Shown: positions 19,036-29,929 of the stretch, piece by piece
Numbering within the stretch: position 1 is the stretch's first letter
Layout of the letters: each line of letters starts with the position of its first letter
Assembly: GCA_947501605.1 (NCBI GenBank)
Contig: CANMWZ010000021.1
Coordinates: 1 to 64,000, forward strand
Direction of reading: 5' to 3'
DNA: 64,000 bases
From: Planctomycetota bacterium
GTDB taxonomy: Bacteria; Planctomycetota; UBA1135; UBA2386
The notes under the pieces: model-generated
What the model was told of the DNA's origin: nothing
The model's database searches: none
The model's input: the letters and a program-made list of their open reading frames with translations, nothing else
Position numbers and translations under genes: made by a program

Positions 19036-20934
19036 ATGCCTCACGCACGCCCGTTCTCGTCGTTGTTGCTGCTGGTCGCCGCCGCCTCGTCGCTGCCGTG
19101 TCAGGACCCGGTGGTCGCGCGCGTGCAGCCGTATCCGATCGATCTTCCACCCGAGTTCGAAGCCGCCATCGCCGAAGGCACGCGCACGCGCACCGGCAAA
19201 CCGGGCGAGAAGTACTGGACCAACCGAGCGGACTACGACCTAGCGATCGAACTCGATCCTGTGACCGCGCGCCTCACCGGCAAGGCCAAGCTCACCTATC
19301 ACAATCGCGCGCCGCACGAGCAGAAGCAGCTGGTCCTGCATCTCTATCAGAACTTGATGAAGCCCGATGCCGAACGCACCCGCACCGTCGTGCCGACCGA
19401 CGGCTTCGAGCTCGGCGAAGTGCGCATCGGCGGCAAGGTCGTCCGCGCCCGCCCGCGGGACACGAGGCTCACGTTGAACTTGCCCGAACCGCTGCCGAGC
19501 GGGCAAAGCCTCACGATCGAGATCGACTATGCGTTCACCGTTCCGGTAGCTGGCACCGCCCCGCGCATGGGCCACGAGAACCAGGACGTCTACTACCTCG
19601 GCTACTGGTATCCGCAGTTCGCGGTGCACGACGACGTGAACGGCTGGGTCGCCGATCGCCATCGCGGCAACGGCGAGTTCTACATGGGCTACGGCGACTA
19701 CCAGATCGCGATCACAGTGCCGCAGGGCTACGTCGTGCGCGCCACCGGCGACCTGCAGAATGCGAGCGAGGTCCTGACGGAGAAGGCCATCGCCGCGCTG
19801 CAACAGGCAAAGACCTCGACGGATGTCGTTCACGTCGTCGACGCCGACGACCTCGAAAAGGGCACGCAGACGCGCACCCACGAGAGCGGCAAGCTGACCT
19901 GGCGCTTCTCCGCCAAGGACGTTCGCGACGCGGCTGTCAGCATCGGCCGCACGTATCTCTGGGACGCGACCCACGCCGTCGTCGAACGCAAGGACGGCAA
20001 CGAGCGCACCTGTGAGATCCACGCGGTCTACGAGAAGAACTCGGGCGACTGGGTTCGCGCGGCGGAGTACGCGCGCAAGACCATCGAGTGGATGTCGGAG
20101 CAGGTCTATCCCTACCCGTGGCCGCACATGACTGCGTGCGAGGGCATCATCGGCGGCGGCATGGAGTACCCGATGATGACCATCTGCGGCGGCCGTCGCC
20201 CGCAAGGCGTCATCACGCATGAGCTCACGCACATGTGGTTCCCGATGCTGCTCGGCAGCAACGAGAAGCGCTACGCGTGGCAGGACGAAGGGTTCACTTC
20301 GTATTGGTCGTCCTTGTGCTCGGCGAGTATCGCCGGCCGCCGCGCCGGCTCGCGGGGCGACGTCATGTCGGCAGCATCCCAGATCGCATCGGGCGGCGAC
20401 GTGGTCTCGATGCGCCACGGCGACGGCTACGTCGACGACGACTTTGGCTTTGCGAGCTACGGCAAACCTGCTGCCGTGTTGGCGCAGCTGCGCGGCCTGA
20501 TCGGCGACGAGAAGTTCGTGACCGGCTTCCGCCGCTATGCAGCGGACTGGGCGTTCAAGCACCCGTATCCGTACGACTTCTTCTTCACCATGAGCGACGT
20601 CGCCATGGTCGACCTCGAGAGTTACTTCCGCACGTGGCTGTTCGAGACCTGGGCGCTCGATCATGCGATCGCGGACGTGACGGTGAGCGACAGCGAGACG
20701 GCGGTCCAGGTCAGCGATCGCGGCCGCGCGCAGCATCCGTGCATCGTCGAAGCGACGTTCGAGGACGGGAGCAAGATGCGAGCGTCGATCGACATGGCGC
20801 ACTGGGAGAACCACCGCTCGGCGACCTTGAAGATGCCCGGGAAGGCGACGAGCGTGGTGTTGGATCCGGATGTGAACACGATCGACGTCGATCGTGACAA
20901 CAACAGCTGGAAGGCGCCGAAGGTAGAGAAGTAG
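19036..20934 (+). CDS. M1 family zinc aminopeptidase, secreted
   Basis: GGMEYP exopeptidase motif, HELTH zinc motif, downstream WQDEG, SYGK; signal peptide. Confidence 0.9.
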   Translation: MPHARPFSSLLLLVAAASSLPCQDPVVARVQPYPIDLPPEFEAAIAEGTRTRTGKPGEKYWTNRADYDLAIELDPVTARLTGKAKLTYHNRAPHEQKQLVLHLYQNLMKPDAERTRTVVPTDGFELGEVRIGGKVVRARPRDTRLTLNLPEPLPSGQSLTIEIDYAFTVPVAGTAPRMGHENQDVYYLGYWYPQFAVHDDVNGWVADRHRGNGEFYMGYGDYQIAITVPQGYVVRATGDLQNASEVLTEKAIAALQQAKTSTDVVHVVDADDLEKGTQTRTHESGKLTWRFSAKDVRDAAVSIGRTYLWDATHAVVERKDGNERTCEIHAVYEKNSGDWVRAAEYARKTIEWMSEQVYPYPWPHMTACEGIIGGGMEYPMMTICGGRRPQGVITHELTHMWFPMLLGSNEKRYAWQDEGFTSYWSSLCSASIAGRRAGSRGDVMSAASQIASGGDVVSMRHGDGYVDDDFGFASYGKPAAVLAQLRGLIGDEKFVTGFRRYAADWAFKHPYPYDFFFTMSDVAMVDLESYFRTWLFETWALDHAIADVTVSDSETAVQVSDRGRAQHPCIVEATFEDGSKMRASIDMAHWENHRSATLKMPGKATSVVLDPDVNTIDVDRDNNSWKAPKVEK

Positions 20935-21060
20935 GGTAACGGCGCCCTCACCGGAGTCCTCTGCCATGCACGACACGTGGAAGAACGCCTCGGTGCTGCC
21001 GGCATCGTGATGCGCGCCACGGAGAAGGCCACGGGCAGGCGCGACGTCCCGCGCTGACGC

Positions 21061-21837
21061 TCAAGCGCACGTGACGCGCGCGCGCCGACGATGGCGCACC
21101 GCGAGCATGGTGCCGAGCGCGATCGTGAGGCCGCGACCGATGTTGGGCCACAGCCCACCGGCCGCACTCCCCGCGACCGCGAACACCATCCACGCTGCAT
21201 TCATGACGGCGTGGAGCAGGATCGTGGTCCAGAGATTCCATTCGTAGACGCGCAGCAGCCACGAGTACCAGAGCCCCCCGGCCAGTGTCGCCGCCAGCAC
21301 GCCCATGTGTTCGCCGCCGAACTGGGCGTTCCAGGGCACGTGCATCGAGGCGAACACCAACGCCGAGAACGTCGCCACGGGCCAAAACGAGAAGCCCCCG
21401 AGCCGCACCGGAATCCCGACGAGCACGGCGCGAAACAGCAGTTCTTCCACGAACGGGGCCACACCGACGCCACGAAGAGTGCCCGCGTCGGCACGCACAC
21501 CATCGCTTGCGATCCATGCCTGCAGCACCATGGGCGCACCAGCCGCCGCAGCAAACGACGCACCCAGGAGGAACGACGCGCGCAAGCCAAGTCCGCGCAG
21601 AACCCCGCCTTGACCGTACGCAAGACGCGCTGCGCCGAGGCTCGCGAGCACCAGCAGCAGCGGTCCATCGAGCCCACGAACCGCATCCGATACCCCGAGG
21701 TCGTGCAGCCAGCGGTGGAACTCGACGTAGCAAGCCACCTCGCCACGGACGCGGGTGAACACAAATACCGCGATCGCCAAGGTCAACCCACAGGGCCACT
21801 GGGAGGAGCGAGGCTGCGGCTCGATGTTTATCGACAC
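21061..21837 (-). CDS. CPBP (Abi/CAAX) family intramembrane metalloprotease
   Basis: APFVEELLFR, FASMH, LHAVMN motifs; multi-TM. Confidence 0.85.
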   Translation of the reverse strand: MSINIEPQPRSSQWPCGLTLAIAVFVFTRVRGEVACYVEFHRWLHDLGVSDAVRGLDGPLLLVLASLGAARLAYGQGGVLRGLGLRASFLLGASFAAAAGAPMVLQAWIASDGVRADAGTLRGVGVAPFVEELLFRAVLVGIPVRLGGFSFWPVATFSALVFASMHVPWNAQFGGEHMGVLAATLAGGLWYSWLLRVYEWNLWTTILLHAVMNAAWMVFAVAGSAAGGLWPNIGRGLTIALGTMLAVRHRRRARVTCA

Positions 21838-21894
21838 GGCAGCAGCATGCCGTGTCCCTCCGGGATCACACCAGTTCGGCGTCGGGTTCCGCGC

Positions 21895-23748
21895 TCACCG
21901 ATGCGCGTCGCCGCAGCCGCATTGGTCCATGCGTGCGGGCGGCACTTCCAATTCCGGCGGCGCTGCCATGCGCGCCCCGACAGGTCGCGGACGCAGCAGA
22001 ATGGCGGGCGTCTTCAGCACGACGTTCGTGCTACCTCGGCGGGTCATGTAGCACTGGATCACGAGCTGCTGGACAGCGGGGATCGAAGCCAGCGTGACCT
22101 CGCAACTGTCGGACACCACGTCGACCTTGCGTTCTTGCAGGATCGAAAGTCTGTCGATGGCCAGATGCGGACCGCCGCCGAACAGCGGCAGCGTCTTCGC
22201 CACTTTGGTTCCGAAGACGATGTGCGCGCTACTGCCGCTCTCGAGCCCGGTGACGCGCAGGCGCAACTCTTGTCCGACCTCGGGCAATTCACTGAGCACG
22301 CTGATGCGCGCGACCACGCCGTCCGAACCCGGGCGATACGAGCCAAACTGGCGCACGAAACCGTAGGTCGGTTCGATCAAGAACGAGGCCTGAAGGTCGG
22401 TCGAACTGACGTAGTCGCCGAACGGCGTCGTCACCACGTCCCACCCGCCGTTGTACACCGCAGGCCACGTGGGCACGGTCATGTTGGCGTGGAAGTAGCC
22501 ATTGGACCCAGCCGGCGGCGTCGCCGACAGCGGCACGTGGGCGAGCATGCGAACCGTGCTTTGGTCCTTCTGACACTGGTAGGTGAAGTAGCCGCCAGTG
22601 AAGTGCGCCATCGGCACCGAATCCCATGTGTGGCTCCGGCACTCCAACATGCGCGAACCGACGTTGTGCACCGCGTGGAGCCGATTACCGGCATCGGTCA
22701 ACCAGCCGACCAGTTCTGGATTTCGACCCTGCCAGAGGCCGGTCGCGTCGAGCACGGCTGCCTTGCTGATGACCTGGTTCGGAGCCGCTCCGAACGCATA
22801 GGCTTCGAAGCCAGCCGCCAATCGCGGGTGGCCATCGGGGGAGTTCTGCAACTGCACGACATTGTGCATCGAGCCGGTAGCAGGCCCGCCGTACACCGCC
22901 AAGCGTCGCGCCGTAGCCATGCGCGTTGGCGCCGAGGCGTCGTAGAACGCAAAGTAGGACACGTTGCCGCGCTGGGGTTGCTGGATCGTCGTGGCCCAGA
23001 CCGGATGCCCGTCGATGTCGAGGAACTGGCTGTCGAACAGCGTCTGGTCGCCGGCATCGGGACCGACGAAGACCGACAGTAGGCGCGGACGCAACGGGTC
23101 GTTCTTGACGTCGAAGAACACCGCCGGCGAACAGCCAGGAGTCAACGGCGCCGGCAGCGGGTTGGCAAACACGTCGACGCCGTTGAGAACGAGGATGCCG
23201 CGTTCGGCGTCGAGTCGCATCGTGTGCACCCCTCGGACCGTCACCGGCAGACCGATCTGGATCGGCCACCGCACCGTGGTCAGGGTCGGGAAATCCGTGA
23301 CGTCGGTGATCTCCAGTTGGTTGGTGCCGCGCGAGGCGAAGTAAACATAGGCACGTTCGCGGCCACCATTGTCGACGATGCGCGTCGCAATGACGTCCGA
23401 CCACACGACGCTGGCGCCGGTAACCGGCCAGTATCGTTGCGAACGGACACTCCATTCGTCGTCGACGAGCGATGCGAGCACCCCCGTAGCGCCCGAGGAC
23501 ACGTACAGGTAATCGTCGCGATACTCACCGACGCTCGCATCGAAGCGCGGCATGCGCACGGCATCGACGCCGCTATGGCTACCACAAGACGGATGGCCAA
23601 AACGTTGAACGCGCTCGACGCCTCTGGACAGGGCCATCAGCGGGTCCGCGATCTCAACCGCGAGGGTCTGCTCCGCGGAACCGCCAGAACAGGCATGGAA
23701 CCAGAGCAGCGCCACAAAAGGCACCGCACAGCGAATCCTGTGCTGCAT
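21895..23748 (-). CDS. Hypothetical secreted beta-propeller-like protein (LVIVD/choice-of-anchor-B-like), possibly a lipoprotein
   Basis: WSDV, VHTM, MHNV, VHNV and GGWDV repeat-like motifs; FHAC lipobox-like; start at 23748 inferred. Confidence 0.55.
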   Translation of the reverse strand: MQHRIRCAVPFVALLWFHACSGGSAEQTLAVEIADPLMALSRGVERVQRFGHPSCGSHSGVDAVRMPRFDASVGEYRDDYLYVSSGATGVLASLVDDEWSVRSQRYWPVTGASVVWSDVIATRIVDNGGRERAYVYFASRGTNQLEITDVTDFPTLTTVRWPIQIGLPVTVRGVHTMRLDAERGILVLNGVDVFANPLPAPLTPGCSPAVFFDVKNDPLRPRLLSVFVGPDAGDQTLFDSQFLDIDGHPVWATTIQQPQRGNVSYFAFYDASAPTRMATARRLAVYGGPATGSMHNVVQLQNSPDGHPRLAAGFEAYAFGAAPNQVISKAAVLDATGLWQGRNPELVGWLTDAGNRLHAVHNVGSRMLECRSHTWDSVPMAHFTGGYFTYQCQKDQSTVRMLAHVPLSATPPAGSNGYFHANMTVPTWPAVYNGGWDVVTTPFGDYVSSTDLQASFLIEPTYGFVRQFGSYRPGSDGVVARISVLSELPEVGQELRLRVTGLESGSSAHIVFGTKVAKTLPLFGGGPHLAIDRLSILQERKVDVVSDSCEVTLASIPAVQQLVIQCYMTRRGSTNVVLKTPAILLRPRPVGARMAAPPELEVPPARMDQCGCGDAHR

Positions 23749-24004
23749 ACACAGACGGGGGATAGGGGTATGGCCGGGATCGAGGCCGCGGGGGAGCGGC
23801 TGGGACAAGGGATCATCCCGACACCGTCAGAGTAACACTCGAATCGCGCCGCGGCGGACCGACCCACCGAGGAGCCGCACAGCCGACCTCGCAACCTCGC
23901 TGCAACGGACCGTACCGGATCAGGCTTCTGCCCAGCCAGAATGGCGTTCGTGGTCCCGCGCGCTCCCCCCGCCGAGGTCCATCTGCCATGATCTCGCTTC
24001 TGCC

Positions 24005-25564
24005 ATGAATCGCACCCATCGCCGCGCGTTCGGCCTCCCCCTCGCCGTCGTTGCTTGCTCGCTCGCGCTCTCCGCGCAGAGCGCCGTTGTGGAACCTCGC
24101 GTCGGCATCGAGTTCAAGCCACCCAAGGGCTGGACCGAACTCCCCGGCGGTGGCGACCGCCACGCCACCGTTCGACTGTTCGCCGGACCGCGTGCGCTGG
24201 TCGGCAAGGAGGACGTGCAGCACACGCCTATCTTGCGCGTGATGTTCTTCGACAAGGGTGGCGACGCGAGCAAGGACAAGATCGATGACCTGCCGCGAAT
24301 GACGGCCTACCGCAGCCTCGAGGACTTCGCCTTGCGCGGCCTTGGCATCAAGGACGCTACCAAGGCAGCGGACAAAGCCGGCGCGCTCGAGTTCCAGCGA
24401 GTCTCGGGCAAGAACGCTGCGCGCTCGGTCTATGGCGCCGCGTTTGCGGTTGACGGTGCGGAGGCGGCGGTGTGCTTTGAGGTTCTCACTCAGCACCTCG
24501 ACAAGCTCAAGAAGGAGTTGGATGCGACTATCACCTCGGTAGCCGTCATCGCGCGCACGCCAGAGCCACGAATCGACCCGCCCTGGGTGACGGATGCAGA
24601 TTGGAGCAAGAAGGACCTCGCAGCCCGCAATGCCACGCGCAAGGCCTGGTCTGAGGGCGCGGTCGCACGGACCACCAAGAACGCGGGCCCGACCTACAAA
24701 CCCAGCAAGTCCAAACACTGGTCCGTTCTCAGCGCCGCGGATCCGGCCTTCACCAAGAAGGCGATCGCGGCAGCCGAAGTGATGCGCGCCTGGATCGCGG
24801 CGAAGCTGCCCGAATTGGCCAAGGAACCAATGCCCGCGGTCCTGCGCGTGTTCGACTCGAAGGACCACTACAACGCGTATCTGACGACCGTCACGGAGAC
24901 ACGCGAGTACGACCAGCGTCTGCGCGAGTTGCACTTCGTCAACGACCCGGACAACGGCGGCAGCGGCGGTTACGGCATGCTGTTCCGCGCGGTCATGTGG
25001 CACGCGTTCGACGACCTCGACGACCAGGTGCTACCAGCCTTGCCGCGTTGGCTCGACAACGGCATCTGGGAGTTCCTGCGCAGCTCGCAGTGCGACGGCA
25101 AGAAGGTCGAGTTCGCGTCGAGCGACACCGAGAAGGGTCGCATGGCGTGGTATCCCCAGAACAACCAGGAGATCCCGGCTCTCTGGCACCTGATCGAAGA
25201 GTCGCTGCAGAAGAGCCCTGAGGACGGCAAGAACGAAGATCCGTGGGCCTACACGCCGGACTGCGCGCGCGTGATCCGCTGGTGGCTCCTGAACGACGGC
25301 ATGAAGGCGTTCGACAAGCCGAACCTGTTCGTCGACTACGTGCGCGCGCTCGGCAAGGCCCACGCCGAGACCGGGCCCGATCCGATGCTCGACGTCGGCA
25401 GCGGCATCCTCACCGACGACGAGAACAAGAAGCGGAACAAGGGCCAGTACGCCTGGCGCGACGCGCTGCTGGTCAAGATCAACACCCTGGTGTTGGCGAT
25501 CGGCGAGCCGAAGTGGCGCGAAGCCAACGAGAAGTGGGGCGCGTTCAACAAGTCCTTCAAGTGA
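24005..25564 (+). CDS. Secreted DUF1570-like protein without an intact HEXXH motif
   Basis: Signal peptide; LRVFDSKDHYNAY and LPRWLDNGIWEF resemble the DUF1570/peptidase MA-like protein at 26046-27665. Confidence 0.6.
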   Translation: MNRTHRRAFGLPLAVVACSLALSAQSAVVEPRVGIEFKPPKGWTELPGGGDRHATVRLFAGPRALVGKEDVQHTPILRVMFFDKGGDASKDKIDDLPRMTAYRSLEDFALRGLGIKDATKAADKAGALEFQRVSGKNAARSVYGAAFAVDGAEAAVCFEVLTQHLDKLKKELDATITSVAVIARTPEPRIDPPWVTDADWSKKDLAARNATRKAWSEGAVARTTKNAGPTYKPSKSKHWSVLSAADPAFTKKAIAAAEVMRAWIAAKLPELAKEPMPAVLRVFDSKDHYNAYLTTVTETREYDQRLRELHFVNDPDNGGSGGYGMLFRAVMWHAFDDLDDQVLPALPRWLDNGIWEFLRSSQCDGKKVEFASSDTEKGRMAWYPQNNQEIPALWHLIEESLQKSPEDGKNEDPWAYTPDCARVIRWWLLNDGMKAFDKPNLFVDYVRALGKAHAETGPDPMLDVGSGILTDDENKKRNKGQYAWRDALLVKINTLVLAIGEPKWREANEKWGAFNKSFK

Positions 25565-25575
25565 ACTGCTGAGCC

Positions 25576-26022
25576 GTGGCCGACAAACGCCGCTTCGAAC
25601 TGTTCGCCGACCTGGTGACGCGCCACTTCCCCGGCTGCCGTCACGCGTTCGACATCGCCGGTGGCATGGGCAAACTCAACGAGGCCTTGTCGGGGCGCGG
25701 CCTCGACGTCGTCACGTTCGACAAGCGGTGGAAGCACGCCGACGTGAAGTATGCGCAGCGGCTGTTCACGTTGACCGAACCGTGCACGTGCGACTTGTTG
25801 GTCGGCATGCACCCGGACGGCGCCACGCGCATCATCGTCGAGTATGCGAGCCAGCACGGGCGACCGTTCGCGATCGTGCCGTGCTGCTCGGACAACGGCA
25901 TGCCCTACAAGCCGTGGATGCGACACCTCGCGGAGCTGGGTGAGGAGCGCGGGATGGTCGTCACCGAAGAGGTGCTACCGATGCAGGGGCGCGCGCGGGT
26001 GTTGGTCGGACGACCGAAGTAG
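25576..26022 (+). CDS. Small class I SAM-methyltransferase-like conserved protein
   Basis: DIAGGMGKL glycine loop, VGMHPDGAT, PFAIVPCC. Confidence 0.6.
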   Translation: MADKRRFELFADLVTRHFPGCRHAFDIAGGMGKLNEALSGRGLDVVTFDKRWKHADVKYAQRLFTLTEPCTCDLLVGMHPDGATRIIVEYASQHGRPFAIVPCCSDNGMPYKPWMRHLAELGEERGMVVTEEVLPMQGRARVLVGRPK

Positions 26023-26045
26023 CGCGGCATTGGTGAGCGAGCAGC

Positions 26046-27665
26046 TCACAGCTTCTCGACCCAGGCCCGGAAGTCCTTGTCCAACGCCTCCAGGTCGATG
26101 CCGGCGAACGCCTTGTCGACCGCTTCCGACAGGATCTCCGCGACCTTCTTGCTGTCCTCGAAGTCGATGATCTCGATGCCCGGGATCCCGGGGACCGGCT
26201 CAGCACTCGTATCGGCTCCGTCCTTCTCCTTCTTCTTCGCGCGGAACGCTTCGATGTTGTCCGCGAGGTAGTTGAAGTAGACGTCGAGGCACTTCTCGAG
26301 GCGGTCGTCCTTGGTGACGTTGCGCAGGTAGTAGATGAACGCCCAGCCCTGCGAGTACTTGAGCCCACCGTTGGTGTAGTACTCGCGCTGCGGTAGGCGA
26401 ATCAGAGTGCGCAGCGGGATCAGGTCCTTCTTCTGGCTGATGTGCCGCTTCAAGAAGTCGACGCGCCAGTCGAACGGTGCGAACTTGATGTTGGTCCCCT
26501 TGACCTCGATGCCGGCGAAGTAGTCGCCGTGCCCTTCGTTGAACCACGAATGCGGCGACACGTCGCCGACCGCGAAGTGGATGTACTGGTGGAACGCCTC
26601 GTGGAACATCACCGACCGGCAGTAGGCCATCGAGTTCGACTTGGTGACGTCTTCGAACTTGGTGAACAGGACCAACTCGCCGCTACGCGGGTTGAAGTAG
26701 CCCGCTGATCCGCGGGGCCCACCGTACTTGTAGTACTCCGACTCGGTGTCGAGCACGCGTACCGGCGAGATGGGGCGCTCTTCGTTCCGCGGCTGGAACT
26801 GCTTCACGTAAACCTTCTCGCGAACCAGCTCGAGGTCCTTGGCAATCGACTGCAGGAACGCCTTGTTGCTGCTGTTGCTCAAGAACACGTAGTGCTCGGA
26901 GTCGATCGAGTACCAACCCGGCGTGCCGGCGATGCTGGCCTTCAGGGCCTCGCGCTTCTCCTCGCCCTTCAGCTTGTTCGGGTCCTTGCGCGAGGCCGCG
27001 ATGACATCTGAGTTGGCTGGTTCGAACAGGGTAAAGGTCTGCAGACTCTTCAGATACCAGTCGTGATAGGTCTTGCTCGTTTCTTCGAAGGCCTCGTAGC
27101 AGACCCCCCACTCGACGCCGGCCTGCTTGAAGTAAGCGATCGTGTAGGACGAGGCGCCTGAGCCAAACTCGATCAGCTCGCCCTCGAGCTTGCCGGCCTT
27201 GAACGGCTTGCGCACCCATCGCTTGTCACAGTCCTTGAACGCGCCCTGCAGGTAGTCGTCGAACGACTTCGGGTTGAGCAGCTTCTCGAGCTCGGGGCTG
27301 ATCTTGAGCTTCTCGCGCTCGGCGGCTTCGCGCGCGAGCTCTTCCTCGCTCTTCGGCTTGCCGGTCAGCGTGATCGTCGAGATGCGGATGATGGCCAGGT
27401 CGCAGAACGAGCCCGCCTGCTCCTGCTCCCACAGACCGCGCACGCGCATGTCATCAGTGTTCAGCTTCCAATGACCGACGGTGAACTTCTCCTCCGGCTT
27501 GATCGCGATCGAGTCCCAGCTTTCCAAGGTGCGGATGCTGTAACCCCAGTCTTTGATCTTCTGCACCTTGTCGAGCTTGATCTTCGACTGGGCAAGCCCT
27601 TCGACGGAGAAGCCGAGAACGGCGACGAGCGGAAGGAGAGCGAATAGGAGCGTTCGAACAAGCAT
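26046..27665 (-). CDS. DUF1570 / peptidase MA-like secreted zinc protein
   Basis: SAGYFNP, HEAFHQY, WFNEGHGDYF, YSQGWAFIYYL; ATG at 27665 with signal peptide. Confidence 0.8.
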   Translation of the reverse strand: MLVRTLLFALLPLVAVLGFSVEGLAQSKIKLDKVQKIKDWGYSIRTLESWDSIAIKPEEKFTVGHWKLNTDDMRVRGLWEQEQAGSFCDLAIIRISTITLTGKPKSEEELAREAAEREKLKISPELEKLLNPKSFDDYLQGAFKDCDKRWVRKPFKAGKLEGELIEFGSGASSYTIAYFKQAGVEWGVCYEAFEETSKTYHDWYLKSLQTFTLFEPANSDVIAASRKDPNKLKGEEKREALKASIAGTPGWYSIDSEHYVFLSNSSNKAFLQSIAKDLELVREKVYVKQFQPRNEERPISPVRVLDTESEYYKYGGPRGSAGYFNPRSGELVLFTKFEDVTKSNSMAYCRSVMFHEAFHQYIHFAVGDVSPHSWFNEGHGDYFAGIEVKGTNIKFAPFDWRVDFLKRHISQKKDLIPLRTLIRLPQREYYTNGGLKYSQGWAFIYYLRNVTKDDRLEKCLDVYFNYLADNIEAFRAKKKEKDGADTSAEPVPGIPGIEIIDFEDSKKVAEILSEAVDKAFAGIDLEALDKDFRAWVEKL

Positions 27666-27953
27666 GGAAGTCCTCTCGTGGAGCAGGTCGGGGATCCCCG
27701 TTGGCATTCCTCGATCCGACCAGGGGCGGAGTCTAACGGGAGCGGCGAGGCAGAGAGCGGCGTGAGATACGGATGTCGAAGGCGCAGAGACGGTGGCAGA
27801 CGGAGTTTCCTTCAGAAACGATGACGTCCGTGGTGTGGAGGATTTCCAAACCAGCGGACTGTCGGGTGCAGAACGAGCGGCGTCGACGACCGTGGCTACC
27901 GCGGCGGGGCGCGCGCAACGCGCACGCTTCCGAGAGGTTCCAAAGGCTTCCCG

Positions 27954-28589
27954 TCAGCGCGCTTGCACGCGCAGGCTGCGGAAGCAACCGACGTCGTCGA
28001 ACGAGCCTAAGCCGACCTTTCCAGGCCCCGCCGGCACCTCCCCACTCAGCACTTCCACCCCGTCGAACGACACCGTCACCGACGTGCCTGTTCGCCGTAG
28101 GTGCAGTGTGTGCCAGCCATTGCCCCAATCCACGCCGCCGCTGCGCTGCGTCGTCACGGGCCGGCGATCGGCCCCGTCGACCAACTGGATGTGGTGCGCG
28201 GACTCGTCGCCCACCGAGGCCAGATGTGCATAGGCGAAGTGCGCAGCGTCGCGATAGGCGAAGACCAACACCAGGTCCCGATGCGGATACTCGCGCCCTG
28301 TCTGCCGCGCCTCGACGGTCAGTTCGAGATCATCGAACGCAGCGCCGTCGAGGATCGCAAGGCTGTGCGGCGAGCGGTGTTCTGGTTCGTAGGCACTCGC
28401 CGCGTGCAGTTCGAGCCAACCTGAGCACTCGAGCGACTCGTACCACCGCCACGCCGCGCGGTCAGTGAACGTGAAACGCTGCAAGGCCGACGGACCGACG
28501 CATTCGAGCGCGGTGCGCGATGCGACGCCGGCGCAGGCCGCGGTGGCGGCGAGGGCTGCGAGCCCGAGACCCCTTGGCGAGACCTTCAT
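27954..28589 (-). CDS. Hypothetical lipoprotein with concanavalin-like (DUF1080-like) fold
   Basis: ATG at 28589 (MKVSPRGLGLAALAATAAC); HRDLVLVFAY, WHTLHLRR, GKVGLGSFDD. Confidence 0.65.
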   Translation of the reverse strand: MKVSPRGLGLAALAATAACAGVASRTALECVGPSALQRFTFTDRAAWRWYESLECSGWLELHAASAYEPEHRSPHSLAILDGAAFDDLELTVEARQTGREYPHRDLVLVFAYRDAAHFAYAHLASVGDESAHHIQLVDGADRRPVTTQRSGGVDWGNGWHTLHLRRTGTSVTVSFDGVEVLSGEVPAGPGKVGLGSFDDVGCFRSLRVQAR

Positions 28590-29929
28590 CGCCGCAAAGA
28601 GACGATCGCCCCGACCGCCTCGAGGTCGTAGTCGGTGTAGGTGCGCAGGACGCCGCGCAACCAGAGCAGGGCGCAGCGATCGGATCGCCACCGCGGCACG
28701 ATCGGCCGCAGGTTGTCGACCGTGGAATCGCGCGTGACGGCCTCCCACAGAAACGTCGCGCCGGAGTCGCGCGTGCGACCGACGAAGAGCTCGCGGTGCC
28801 GCCGTCCGTCGGCCGCCGACACCAGCGGCGTGCCGGTCGCCGGATGCGCATCCGTGCTGAGGAAGACGACGTCCGGGTCGTCGGGGCACATACAGACGAG
28901 CCCGGTGTAGTCGTCCTCGCCGGCGTAGAGCCGCGTGCCGGCGAACGCGATCTCGTGCGCCACGAACCGCTGACCGTCGAAGCGCGCATACCAGTAGCGA
29001 TGGTCGAGCCCGCCCTGCCCGCGCGGCACATCGCGCCCGTCCACCTGCACCGAGAACACGACGACCGGTCGCCCGGCCGCGTCGAGTTCGAGGTCGCACG
29101 GCCACGCCACCGCGTCCGGGCCACCCGCGAACACCCGCGTGCACTGTTGCGGACCGACCGTGCCCCACGAACCCAGCACCTCGCCGGTCGAAGCACACAC
29201 ATCGCCAGTACCGTCGGTGGTGCCGTGATAGAGCCCGTTGTCGAAGTCGCGCGGATGCTGCTCGGTGACGACGAAGTGCAGCGTGCCAGCACGGCTCGCG
29301 TACTTGACGTAGGGGCGCCCTTCGCCGGCGAGCAGGCGGCCCGCGTTGCGGAAGTCGCGGCCGTCATGGTCGCTCGCGACCAGCACCGTCGGATTCCAGT
29401 CCTCGGCGCGCGACAGGCACACCAGAGCACCGCCGAGTTCGTGCAGGTTGGCGTAGGTCACGCCGCGACCCCGCTGCATCGCGATGCGCGTCGAGACCAG
29501 GGGCAGGAACGACGTCGCGTCGCGCGGCCGTTCGCTGACGCGAACGTGCAGCAGGTCGTCCTTGCCGTGACCCGCGAAGGCCGCGACCACGCGACCGTCG
29601 GGCCGCAACCACAGAGCCGGCGCGTCGTGGTCATCGCGTTCGAACCGATCGAACAGCTCGCACGTGCGCGCTTCGCCGCTCGACAACTGCCACTGGGTGA
29701 TCTGGACGTCGCCCTTGCGCGAAGCGTCGCCGCGACCGTTGGCGACCGAGCCGAACACCACCGTGTCGTCGTCGAGCACGAGCGCGCGTTCGTCCTGGAA
29801 CCAGCACCAACCGGCGTCCTCGCACAGCACGACGGGCTGCAGGACGAGCGAACGGTCCGGCGACGACCATACCGCGCACGCAGTGAGCACTGCCGTCGCC
29901 GCGATCGCGATCCCCCAACCGCGCTTCAC
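28586..29929 (-). CDS. BNR-4 repeat (sialidase-like beta-propeller) protein
   Basis: GWCWFQDERA, DDHDAPAL, VTYANL, RPYVKY, EDDYTGL, NLRPIVP; GTG at 29929 overlaps the upstream stop. Confidence 0.75.
   Translation of the reverse strand: MKRGWGIAIAATAVLTACAVWSSPDRSLVLQPVVLCEDAGWCWFQDERALVLDDDTVVFGSVANGRGDASRKGDVQITQWQLSSGEARTCELFDRFERDDHDAPALWLRPDGRVVAAFAGHGKDDLLHVRVSERPRDATSFLPLVSTRIAMQRGRGVTYANLHELGGALVCLSRAEDWNPTVLVASDHDGRDFRNAGRLLAGEGRPYVKYASRAGTLHFVVTEQHPRDFDNGLYHGTTDGTGDVCASTGEVLGSWGTVGPQQCTRVFAGGPDAVAWPCDLELDAAGRPVVVFSVQVDGRDVPRGQGGLDHRYWYARFDGQRFVAHEIAFAGTRLYAGEDDYTGLVCMCPDDPDVVFLSTDAHPATGTPLVSAADGRRHRELFVGRTRDSGATFLWEAVTRDSTVDNLRPIVPRWRSDRCALLWLRGVLRTYTDYDLEAVGAIVSLRR

Noticed and set aside
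27700..27950. Intergenic stretch considered as a possible tRNA or ncRNA
   Set aside because: No cloverleaf, T-loop or recognised RNA family signature
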